Source: a virus
Length of the DNA stretch: 38,390 nucleotides
Virus record (IMG/VR): IMGVR_UViG_3300027797_000003
Reading direction: 5' to 3' (one strand)
A model generated the notes under the pieces. It had not been told where the DNA came from and searched no databases. It worked only from the letters and a program-made list of their open reading frames with translations. The translations under genes were made by a program, and so were the position numbers. Shown here piece after piece: positions 9,855-17,598 of the stretch; positions within the stretch are counted from its first letter, which is position 1; each line of letters starts with the position of its first letter.

Positions 9855-9991
9855 TAGTACATTGCTTTCTTAGACATCTTAGATGACTTAGCACCCTTAG
9901 ACTTTTTGCCCTTAGGATAGTTAGAGGTTTTTGTCCCCGCCTTAGGTTTAGCATCGGCATGGCTGGACAGAATCTTATATTTGACTGGCAT
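9854..9991 (-). CDS. Small Lys-rich basic protein, 45 aa
   Basis: ATG at 9991 has an AGGAG 5 nt upstream. The tracked longer start (10162) would overlap the upstream gene and a hairpin. Sequence MPVKYKILSSHADAKPKAGTKTSNYPKGKKSKGAKSSKMSKKAMY. Confidence 0.5.
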   Translation of the reverse strand: MPVKYKILSSHADAKPKAGTKTSNYPKGKKSKGAKSSKMSKKAMY

Positions 9992-10010
9992 AATACTCCT
10001 ATATACAGAA

Positions 10011-10036
10011 ATGGTGGGAGATTGCTCTCCCACCAT
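10011..10036 (-). terminator. Perfect 11-bp stem hairpin with GCAA loop in minus-sense RNA (attenuator/terminator candidate)
   Basis: atggtgggaga-ttgc-tctcccaccat. On the minus-sense transcript it is followed by UUCUGUAUAU. Confidence 0.55.
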
Positions 10037-10045
10037 TATCGGTTT

Positions 10046-10053
10046 GTTCCCTG
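10046..10053 (-). promoter_or_regulatory. CAGGGAAC junction motif (copy f)
   Basis: Plus strand reads gttccctg, between the stop of 10062..10481 and the 10011-10036 hairpin. Confidence 0.4.
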
Positions 10054-10061
10054 AATGGGGG

Positions 10062-10481
10062 TTATGCTCGGTAAATTGATACCGTGTTTGCGGCAGTGAA
10101 AACTGCAACATACGATGCCGATGATGCTGCTGCAACCGAAAAGGTTGCTGCTGCACCAACAAGTGTTACACCTGAAGCACCAGCGGTAACCACGATTGGG
10201 TGGGTTGCTGCGGCGACATTGACTACGGTGAATTGGAAACTTGAACCAACACCTTCGTCTGTGAACGCTGCACCAAGTTCCGCACCAGTTGGTGTGGTCA
10301 AGGTACGGGATGCTGTTGGGGTCATTGTGTACAGTGTTTTTGCTGCACCAGCAAGAGTTGCTGCTGTTTGCACGGTTGCTGCGTCAGTTGCTGCAACTAC
10401 CGTTACCAACTCTTCTTTGAGTGCCCAAGCGGCGAGTCGTGTACGGTCAATTGCACCATCAGTGTTTGATTTTAGTGGCAT
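10062..10481 (-). CDS. Ala/Thr/Val/Gly-rich protein, 139 aa (capsid decoration/head fibre candidate)
   Basis: First gene after the capsid gene, bracketed by two hairpins. The composition leaves both strands open; the antisense ORF 10084..10494 is rejected. Confidence 0.55.
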   Translation of the reverse strand: MPLKSNTDGAIDRTRLAAWALKEELVTVVAATDAATVQTAATLAGAAKTLYTMTPTASRTLTTPTGAELGAAFTDEGVGSSFQFTVVNVAAATHPIVVTAGASGVTLVGAAATFSVAAASSASYVAVFTAANTVSIYRA

Positions 10482-10530
10482 TTTTTATCCTTAAGTTTAG
10501 TTTTGTTTTTATTGTTGTTATTATAATAAT

Positions 10531-10546
10531 GGGGGCTTGCGCCCCC
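10531..10546 (-). terminator. GC hairpin gggggc-ttgc-gccccc after the capsid gene (GCAA loop in minus sense)
   Basis: Located 18 nt after the capsid stop inside an AT-rich spacer. No canonical U-run follows directly on the minus strand. Confidence 0.5.
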
Positions 10547-10563
10547 ACTATAGGATTTTTTGA

Positions 10564-11502
10564 CTAAGCAGTCTTAGCAGTCAACTTGCCTTGCTTTGCA
10601 GCATTGCGACAAGTGAGGTTACCATAACACATGATGAGTGCGTAACGAGCATCCAAGTCCTCTGGACGAACAAACTGTGTTTGTGCGAACCATTTGGACG
10701 AGTGACCAACCAAAGTTAGGTACTTGCTGTTCAAGAAGTACACTACACCAGCGGTGCAATGCTCATCGTAAACAACTGGAGCAGCCTTGAACAACAGGTT
10801 TTGGAAACCAGCATCTGCTGTCTTGGTGTCCGTGTAACGGAGTTGTGGTTGGAGCAATGCTTCGTACTTCTCAAACAAAGTCTGAGTTGTGAGAACCATG
10901 TCTGGGTGGTCGTTACCAACAGAAACGCTGTTGTAACCAGTTGAAAGTTGTGCAAGAGTCAACGCTGTTGCGGTGTTCTCTTCGTATGACTTCCAGTAGT
11001 CGTTACCAGTTGTTGCACGGTTGATACCGCCAACAGTTCCTGATGCTTCAACGATATTTCCAAGACCGTTCCAGTCTTTTCCATCGTTTCCAGTTCCATC
11101 ACCGTAGAACATTTGGTTGAAGCCTTCACGCATTGACTCTTCAGCCTGCATGATTTTGGCTTCCAACAAGTTAATGATTTCTTGTTCGCCGTTGTTCTTG
11201 GCTTCTTCAATACCGCTGATTGCGATAGAAGCAGCGTACTGCTTCCAATCGTATTCTGCGGCAGTGATTCCACCTTGTGAAGTCAACGAAATTGAATCGT
11301 AACCTGAGTACGACTTAACTGTTGAACTTGTTCCATAAATGAGTGGCTCAACAATTTTGGTTCCACCATTAAGCATACGGATGCGACCCTTGTCCTGAAG
11401 GAAGTAGGTCAACGGGCGTGCCGTGAAGATGTTGTCCGTGAGTTGGTCACGATAGTTTGCGAGCGTTGTACTTAACAGCGCATCAAAGTTTGGGTTTGAC
11501 AT
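10564..11502 (-). CDS. Major capsid protein candidate, 312 aa
   Basis: About 34 kDa ORF directly after the scaffold-like gene and followed by a hairpin. Portal-scaffold-capsid order as in T7 gp8-gp9-gp10. Confidence 0.7.
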   Translation of the reverse strand: MSNPNFDALLSTTLANYRDQLTDNIFTARPLTYFLQDKGRIRMLNGGTKIVEPLIYGTSSTVKSYSGYDSISLTSQGGITAAEYDWKQYAASIAISGIEEAKNNGEQEIINLLEAKIMQAEESMREGFNQMFYGDGTGNDGKDWNGLGNIVEASGTVGGINRATTGNDYWKSYEENTATALTLAQLSTGYNSVSVGNDHPDMVLTTQTLFEKYEALLQPQLRYTDTKTADAGFQNLLFKAAPVVYDEHCTAGVVYFLNSKYLTLVGHSSKWFAQTQFVRPEDLDARYALIMCYGNLTCRNAAKQGKLTAKTA

Positions 11503-11533
11503 TATAGTATCTTTCTAAAGTTTGGTTGATAGT

Positions 11534-12325
11534 TTAACTTGCACCCATTTGACGCTTAGCCGCTTCCCAAGCCTCTGCTACCGATGTAATAGGAACAAAA
11601 GTTTCATTGGTTGTACTAGCGGTAGCCGAGGCTCCACCAGATACAACCGCTGCTGCACGCTTCGCTTCCAACACACCATCTTCAACCTTCTGTTGAACCT
11701 GCTGTGCTGACTGCTCTGTCCGTGCTTTTGCAACCATTTTATCGTAAGCAATTTGCTTGTAAACGCCCTCAAGGTCCTCGGTGTTCATCCGCAAAGCGGA
11801 TGTCACAACTTCCTTGACATCAAAATCAGGATACTTGTTTTGCAATCCCTGAATCTCACGCTCAATAGCCTGTTGACTCTGGTAATCCTCAAACTGTGCT
11901 ATACGCTGGTCAAGTTCACGATACTTTGCATCCTCAGGACTGTAATCTTCGGGTTCAGAACCCTGAACCATCTGTTGTGCCTGTGAACGGGTAATACCGT
12001 AATGTTGACTTAATAGGTCAATCGTTGCCTTAGGGTCATTTTCCAAAGCCGCACTAAGCGCACTAGCAAACTGGAACTGGTCCCGTTGCTGAGATAACTC
12101 TTGTGTTTTTCTGGTATAATCCGCTTGACGCTGATAACCTGCGATAGCCTCTGAAAAAGGAACTTGCAATTCCTCACCATCAACCTTAATTGGAACTCTA
12201 TAATTAGAATATTCCTCAACGGATAATGTTGGTGTATCGGGTGCTTCTGTAATTACACTAGTTTCAGTTGACCCAGTACTTTCTAATACAGGTTCCGTTG
12301 CAGGTGTTGCGATTTCATCGCTCAT
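11534..12325 (-). CDS. Scaffolding protein candidate, 263 aa
   Basis: Acidic, E/Q/A-rich, helical-looking ORF between portal and capsid. Confidence 0.6.
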   Translation of the reverse strand: MSDEIATPATEPVLESTGSTETSVITEAPDTPTLSVEEYSNYRVPIKVDGEELQVPFSEAIAGYQRQADYTRKTQELSQQRDQFQFASALSAALENDPKATIDLLSQHYGITRSQAQQMVQGSEPEDYSPEDAKYRELDQRIAQFEDYQSQQAIEREIQGLQNKYPDFDVKEVVTSALRMNTEDLEGVYKQIAYDKMVAKARTEQSAQQVQQKVEDGVLEAKRAAAVVSGGASATASTTNETFVPITSVAEAWEAAKRQMGAS

Positions 12326-12378
12326 TAAATATGTTCTCCTATAGAGTCCTGAATGGTTGCTCTATATATCCACAAGGC

Positions 12379-12386
12379 GTTCCCTA
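12379..12386 (-). promoter_or_regulatory. TAGGGAAC junction octamer (copy b)
   Basis: Plus strand reads gttcccta. The TAG is the portal stop; the scaffold start is 53 nt downstream. Confidence 0.5.
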
Positions 12387-14120
12387 TTGGGCTGGAGGTT
12401 GTCCTTGCTGAAGCATAGCCATCATATCTGGGGCAGGTTCACCAGCAGGGGCAGGGGCACCAGAAGGTGCCGCAGCCCCAGCAGGAGCGGGGACAGGAGG
12501 GGTGCCACCTACTTGCTGCTGAGGCTGGGCTAGAAAATCATCAGGGTTCTTAACACCAAAACCGAACTGTAGCACATGTGCCGCAAGTTTAGACATGTCA
12601 ATAATACCTGCACCAGCAAACGGTGCCATAGCATCAACCAGTTGTAATGCCATTTGACGCTTAAAGGATTCGTTATGTGGTTGTGTTGAACCTGCTGCTA
12701 CTTCAAAGTCAAAATCACCTTGCAAATAGTCACGGTCATAGTTCACCCAAATTGGTTCACCGTCACGACCCATAACACGGGCAACTTGCTCACCTTGCAT
12801 AAACTGTTGTGCCAATTGTAACATGCGGCGTGCAACCTCGGCAATAGCCTGTTCTACAACAGCCAACTTGTCGCTGGTGCGTGCGTTTGCAGCATCTTGC
12901 ATCAAGGATGATTCTGTTGCTGTGCGGCGGATTTCGGAGACAGCACCACGCTGAAACTCTGATACACCAGAAATACGGTCAATATCACCAATAATCATGT
13001 TAGACTGGTTATAGAACTCTGGTGGGTTAATTACCGCTGGGAAGGCTGTAACAACACCACCCAAAGGTTCATCACTAGTAACTGGAACCATAACATTATC
13101 TTCATCAGATTCTAATGCTGAACGACCCAATTGGTCAAACGCTGATTCCTTATACAGATATTTGCGGCTAAACTTTTTGCGATGATTCATCATCTGTGAA
13201 CGAGTTTCGTTTAGTTCTCGTTGCAAAGGTTCAATAGATTCCAAATCGCCAATAGGATAGAAATGGTCTGGAACATCATAGTTCCTAATCATAACAAATG
13301 GTTGCCCAAACGCATAAGGCATTTTCATTGGCTTAACCAAAAACATGTCTGAACCTTCAGCAAAAACGCTCATACTATTTGAAGCAATATCGTAGTATTC
13401 CCAAATCTCTGCGTAACCCTCATTTTTGTCGTACACCTTACGGCGACTAGGGTCGTCCGTGTAACGGCTAACAGCCATAGGGGACACATCAATGCGGGCA
13501 GCCTTATTATAACGCTTATCGTTACGGACATCAGCAATAGGGCGGCGGATACGCTGCGCTATCCACTTAATGTCTTTCATTGATGTCGCATCTGGGTCCA
13601 CAAAAATATCGTTAACAGAAACACGCTCAGCAAACGGACTGTCCTCACGAACAATAGTGTTCGGATGTCCGATGCCATCAGGGTTTGCTTCCGAAATCTC
13701 TGCTTCACCTTCAACTTCCTCCTCAACAAAACGGTAACCTACTTTAATCCAACCATGACCGAACGCCAGCATGTCTTTGACAGTGCGGCGAAACTCTGTG
13801 CGAATATCTTTATGTTTCCACCAATAGTTTACAACAGCCTCAGCAACAACACCCTGTGGAGCAAACTCTGCACTGGTAGCATTGACAGTAATCTTAGGGT
13901 AGTTAACAGAAATACTAGGTGAGATAACATTGATTGTGGAAAAGGCAACATTGACCAACATTTGGTCCTCGTTTTTGTAGTCATCAAAATGTTTTCCACG
14001 ATACAGGTCATTCATGCGCTTCCAAAGCCCATCGTAACCGTCTTGTTTGCGCCATTTCTTTGATGCTTCAAGACGCATTTTAGCATGTTTTAGATGGTCT
14101 GCACTAGTTTTCTTAGCCAT
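12384..14120 (-). CDS. Portal protein candidate, 578 aa
   Basis: Size and position (between TerL and scaffold). Low-complexity P/A/G/Q C-terminal tail. Confidence 0.7.
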   Translation of the reverse strand: MAKKTSADHLKHAKMRLEASKKWRKQDGYDGLWKRMNDLYRGKHFDDYKNEDQMLVNVAFSTINVISPSISVNYPKITVNATSAEFAPQGVVAEAVVNYWWKHKDIRTEFRRTVKDMLAFGHGWIKVGYRFVEEEVEGEAEISEANPDGIGHPNTIVREDSPFAERVSVNDIFVDPDATSMKDIKWIAQRIRRPIADVRNDKRYNKAARIDVSPMAVSRYTDDPSRRKVYDKNEGYAEIWEYYDIASNSMSVFAEGSDMFLVKPMKMPYAFGQPFVMIRNYDVPDHFYPIGDLESIEPLQRELNETRSQMMNHRKKFSRKYLYKESAFDQLGRSALESDEDNVMVPVTSDEPLGGVVTAFPAVINPPEFYNQSNMIIGDIDRISGVSEFQRGAVSEIRRTATESSLMQDAANARTSDKLAVVEQAIAEVARRMLQLAQQFMQGEQVARVMGRDGEPIWVNYDRDYLQGDFDFEVAAGSTQPHNESFKRQMALQLVDAMAPFAGAGIIDMSKLAAHVLQFGFGVKNPDDFLAQPQQQVGGTPPVPAPAGAAAPSGAPAPAGEPAPDMMAMLQQGQPPAQ

Positions 14121-14323
14121 TACTCTGCATCCTTAATACCGTCATGCCAACCAATATGGTTGTCAATTTTACTACCAATTTTATCTACTTTATTTCCTAT
14201 TACTCGTAGAAGAATCCTGCCTTCGGCGTGTTGGGCGGTGTTTTCTTTACGAAGTTTTTGTAATACGACAACTGTTGGTCCCGTGATAATGGCGACAATA
14301 ATTGGAACCCAGATTTGCGACAT
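14120..14323 (-). CDS. Small membrane-anchored protein, 67 aa
   Basis: N-terminal hydrophobic helix IWVPIIVAIITGPTVVVL; TAATG coupling to the portal gene. Confidence 0.5.
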   Translation of the reverse strand: MSQIWVPIIVAIITGPTVVVLQKLRKENTAQHAEGRILLRVIGNKVDKIGSKIDNHIGWHDGIKDAE

Positions 14324-14326
14324 TTG

Positions 14327-14551
14327 TTACATCCAGTTCGTGACTGGTTCAGCATTGTACCCGTTAATTGCAGCCTGTTCAACAGTTTGACGCTGACGCT
14401 CACGAATAGTAGGACCATGAAAATCTTCTTGACCGTAAGTAAACCCAAGACGCACCCCTTTAATATGGCATTTAAAACATGTAAACCCACGACGAGGAAC
14501 CTCATCAACATAAAACGCTTTATTGCAATTTTCGCACATTAATTCCATCAT
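14327..14551 (-). CDS. Zinc-ribbon protein, 74 aa
   Basis: CENC...x18...CFKC, two CxxC pairs. Confidence 0.55.
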   Translation of the reverse strand: MMELMCENCNKAFYVDEVPRRGFTCFKCHIKGVRLGFTYGQEDFHGPTIRERQRQTVEQAAINGYNAEPVTNWM

Positions 14552-14564
14552 AAAAGCACAATCT

Positions 14565-14572
14565 GTTCCCTA
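14565..14572 (-). promoter_or_regulatory. TAGGGAAC junction octamer (copy e)
   Basis: Plus strand reads gttcccta. The TAG is the TerL stop; the next start (14551) is 13 nt downstream. Confidence 0.5.
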
Positions 14573-16201
14573 ATTACCAAAAGGAGTGCGCTGACGCACA
14601 TTATGGGCACCCAAAAAGGTTTTTTCTGGACCATTAGGACCAAACATATGTTGTTCCCACCACAAAAGACTATTAGTAGGAGGAGCCATATCTTGACGAT
14701 ACTCTGGAAGCCACACATATTTAACCATCTGTGCAGCAATAGCCAAAGAAATAACCCTGTCATCATGCGGTGACCCAGCCATCTTACCATTCTCCTTACG
14801 CACGAAGGTGCGTAACTCGGCAATAGTTAAACGGTCATACACTTCAATACTGGAATCACGCAAAACAGCACTAAGTTCATCAATCATCAAAGGCTTAGAT
14901 GTAGCAGTTGTACGCCAACCCAAAATGTCTGTAGCCTCAGGACGAACCCTAGCCAACTTACGCTGCCTATAAAGATTCTTATAACCATATTTCTGTGCTG
15001 CTTTAAGAGTTGTTAAACCATGATTATTGTTTTCAATACCCAACAACGCATTATTATACCACCAACCCAACTCAGCCAACAACTCACCAAATAGGTCTGG
15101 TTCAATTCGTCCATGCCAATGAGCGCAAACAATCCCTGTAGTGGCATCAATTATGTGCGCTGAACTGTAGTCTCCGTGAGATAAACCTTCAGCAACATCG
15201 GCACCAACCACATAAACGCCTTCACTGCGTGGAAAATCCCAGATAGACAACTCACCAGAATCAACATAACGGAACTCACCATTACCGCTAGAGTACAAAT
15301 GATAATACCCGTTATCTGGGTCAATAGTAACCATGTCGTCCAACATTTGTATATCAAAAACAGGGTTACCTGATTTAATAAAGGCTTCCTCGGGGAAAGA
15401 TGGGTACTCTTGATGCAATTGCCAAGGGTGCATGTTAGATACTTTACTAGCATACCAATCTTCGTTTCGTTCACCGTCAGCAGACCAAGGGAAAAAGATT
15501 CCTTTAAACTTGTTGGTTCCAGTTTGGGAACCAACCCATAATTGATGATAAAAGTTTCCTGAACCGTTAGCAGTGGACAAACCGATAACACGACCACCGA
15601 CATCGGCTACAGGTTCAATAGAAGCCCACGCTTCCTCAGCGTTAGGCAAAAACGCCCACTCATCCACAATAACCAAATACACCGACTCACCACGAGCAGG
15701 GTCATTACTAGAAGGTAATGATTCTATGCTGGATTCGTTACTGAAAACCATTTTAAGTTGGTGTTCAGTTGTTTGTGAAGGTCCACGCTCTTTCATCCAC
15801 TGAGGCATAAAGCGGTAACCATATTTAGCCTTGGCTAACAGTTTGACAGATTCACGCTCCGTGCGTGACAACATAACAACAAAACGGTCTTGCCAAAAAA
15901 ATGTTAACCAAAACGCATAAGCAGAAACCAAAGTAGAAAACCCAATCTGACGGGCTTTTAACACAATACTATAGCGTTCCTCCAACCAAACAGACACAGT
16001 TTCCAACTGTGCGGGACGCAACTCAAACTTTGTTCTACCCTTTTCAGGATGTTTAATAAACCAAAAATTAGAACAAAAATATGAAAACGCTTCCAACAGT
16101 TCCTCAGGTGTAGCACCTTCGGGACCACGACATTTACGAAACTCTTGTTCGTTAAGTAGTTGCCTTAATTCCATTTCGGTTCTCCGCCCCAAGGACCCCA
16201 T
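14570..16201 (-). CDS. terL: Terminase large subunit
   Basis: 543 aa with a Walker A-like VLKARQIGFSTL and Walker B-like YLVIVDEWAF, plus a C-terminal nuclease-like half (VGADVAEG...DYS...HDDRV). The true start may be the in-frame ATG at 16174 (MELRQLL). Confidence 0.85.
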   Translation of the reverse strand: MGSLGRRTEMELRQLLNEQEFRKCRGPEGATPEELLEAFSYFCSNFWFIKHPEKGRTKFELRPAQLETVSVWLEERYSIVLKARQIGFSTLVSAYAFWLTFFWQDRFVVMLSRTERESVKLLAKAKYGYRFMPQWMKERGPSQTTEHQLKMVFSNESSIESLPSSNDPARGESVYLVIVDEWAFLPNAEEAWASIEPVADVGGRVIGLSTANGSGNFYHQLWVGSQTGTNKFKGIFFPWSADGERNEDWYASKVSNMHPWQLHQEYPSFPEEAFIKSGNPVFDIQMLDDMVTIDPDNGYYHLYSSGNGEFRYVDSGELSIWDFPRSEGVYVVGADVAEGLSHGDYSSAHIIDATTGIVCAHWHGRIEPDLFGELLAELGWWYNNALLGIENNNHGLTTLKAAQKYGYKNLYRQRKLARVRPEATDILGWRTTATSKPLMIDELSAVLRDSSIEVYDRLTIAELRTFVRKENGKMAGSPHDDRVISLAIAAQMVKYVWLPEYRQDMAPPTNSLLWWEQHMFGPNGPEKTFLGAHNVRQRTPFGN

Positions 16202-16596
16202 CCATCACCGTAGCGGTTATCACCATAATCATATATAGCCATCATAGCCTTACCGCTAATGATAGGATTATATAACTCAGCACATTTGGTTAACACACCA
16301 GCCTCTTGCAAAAAACCCTTCTTAGAGTATCTATTAGGTTTGCACCAAAACTTGTTAATTTGAAACAACCCAAGAGAACCACCATTAGGGTCATTTTTGT
16401 TTATCGCCGATGCGTTGCATCGGGATTCACGCCACATAATATAATCCACAGCATACATCATGTCCTTGCTATCAGAAACCATCTCTATAATATCATAGTG
16501 TTCAACACATTTAATACTAGGATACTTCTTTGCGTGGACAACAGTAGGTGAAGCCAACGAACATATGGCAATAGCCAGTATAATTATTTTCTTCAT
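16165..16596 (-). CDS. Secreted lytic transglycosylase / lysozyme-like muralytic enzyme, 143 aa
   Basis: N-terminal signal-like MKKIIILAIAICSLASPTVVHA. GH23/SLT-type catalytic pattern WRESRCN...GSLGLFQIN. Confidence 0.7.
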   Translation of the reverse strand: MKKIIILAIAICSLASPTVVHAKKYPSIKCVEHYDIIEMVSDSKDMMYAVDYIMWRESRCNASAINKNDPNGGSLGLFQINKFWCKPNRYSKKGFLQEAGVLTKCAELYNPIISGKAMMAIYDYGDNRYGDGWGPWGGEPKWN

Positions 16597-16635
16597 AAAA
16601 CCATCCTAAATGACCGTAGTCATTGATTGGGAATA

Positions 16636-17181
16636 TTACTTAACTGATTCTTTCCAAGCCAACACGGCTTGTGGAGTATCATCTCCAGCGACATAACGGA
16701 TATGCCAAGGTTCATCGGGAACAACTTCCCAAGACCAACCAAACTTTGCAATGTTATTAAACATCCATTCTAAACGCTTACCATTAGAACTGGCAACATC
16801 AACTGCTACACCCAACATGTGTTTTGAACATGTTTTGGCATCATCGTTTGGTGCAGCCAATGGCGCATTTTTGGGTTTCAAAAACCATTTCTTACCATTG
16901 TAGGTGCGTGTTGACGCACCAACAATAGGTTCTTGTTGATAGCGTTGCAGAAAACCCTTTTTTTGTTGCGCTATACTGCGAAACATATCACCGCTACTAG
17001 TCGGAGTTAGCAATATGCCATCCGCTTTAGCAGCAGCAACCAATGCCTCCCAAGCATCAGCCACACACAACTCTAAAGAACCACCACCAATAGACTTACG
17101 CAACATAGCAGGGGTCACCTCACTAGGTTTCTTGCCCTTAAGATGTGAGCAAGGCTTAAATGGTGTTACAAATAGTTTCAA
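16636..17181 (-). CDS. Peptidase M15 (VanY / D-Ala-D-Ala carboxypeptidase-like) endolysin
   Basis: Zn-ligand pattern SKHMLGVAVDV plus EPWHIRY. The tracked start is TTG directly after the upstream TAG, so the true start is uncertain. Confidence 0.7.
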   Translation of the reverse strand: MKLFVTPFKPCSHLKGKKPSEVTPAMLRKSIGGGSLELCVADAWEALVAAAKADGILLTPTSSGDMFRSIAQQKKGFLQRYQQEPIVGASTRTYNGKKWFLKPKNAPLAAPNDDAKTCSKHMLGVAVDVASSNGKRLEWMFNNIAKFGWSWEVVPDEPWHIRYVAGDDTPQAVLAWKESVK

Positions 17182-17430
17182 CTATTTGGCTGCTTTCTTA
17201 GCAGCCTTCTTAACAGTCAACGGCTTACCCTGAGAAGCCTTAGAACCAATAAAAGATGCGACTGTTGGGTCACCAATCTTTGTTGATGCCCACGACAAAC
17301 CAGCAGCCACCAACGGCATAGCCATAGCAGTCAAAGCAGGGTCAACATTATACTTTACACACAAATAAACAACAATACCCAAAACACCACCCTTAGCGGT
17401 TTGGTCAACTGACTGATTACGATTATTCAT
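17182..17430 (-). CDS. Holin-like membrane protein, 82 aa
   Basis: Two hydrophobic segments (GVLGIVVYLCV, ALTAMAMPLVAAGLSWA) and a Lys-rich C-terminus. Lies immediately upstream of the endolysin. Confidence 0.55.
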   Translation of the reverse strand: MNNRNQSVDQTAKGGVLGIVVYLCVKYNVDPALTAMAMPLVAAGLSWASTKIGDPTVASFIGSKASQGKPLTVKKAAKKAAK

Positions 17431-17590
17431 TTTTATCTCCTAAGAGTGCACCAAGCATGTGAACCATGATGGCTACCAATGTGATTTGTATTCCCAATGT
17501 TCTAGTTGAACCAGACAAAGTGATTAGAACCATACCAGTTCCAGCCAATGTCCATGTCAAACTATGAATCTCGGATACAATTTTCTTCAT
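17423..17590 (-). CDS. Small two-helix membrane protein, 55 aa (holin/antiholin partner candidate)
   Basis: Below the track size cut-off. ATG at 17590; sequence MKKIVSEIHSLTWTLAGTGMVLITLSGSTRTLGIQITLVAIMVHMLGALLGDKNE. 8-nt overlap with the next start. Confidence 0.45.
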   Translation of the reverse strand: MKKIVSEIHSLTWTLAGTGMVLITLSGSTRTLGIQITLVAIMVHMLGALLGDKNE

Positions 17591-17598
17591 ATAGTAGT

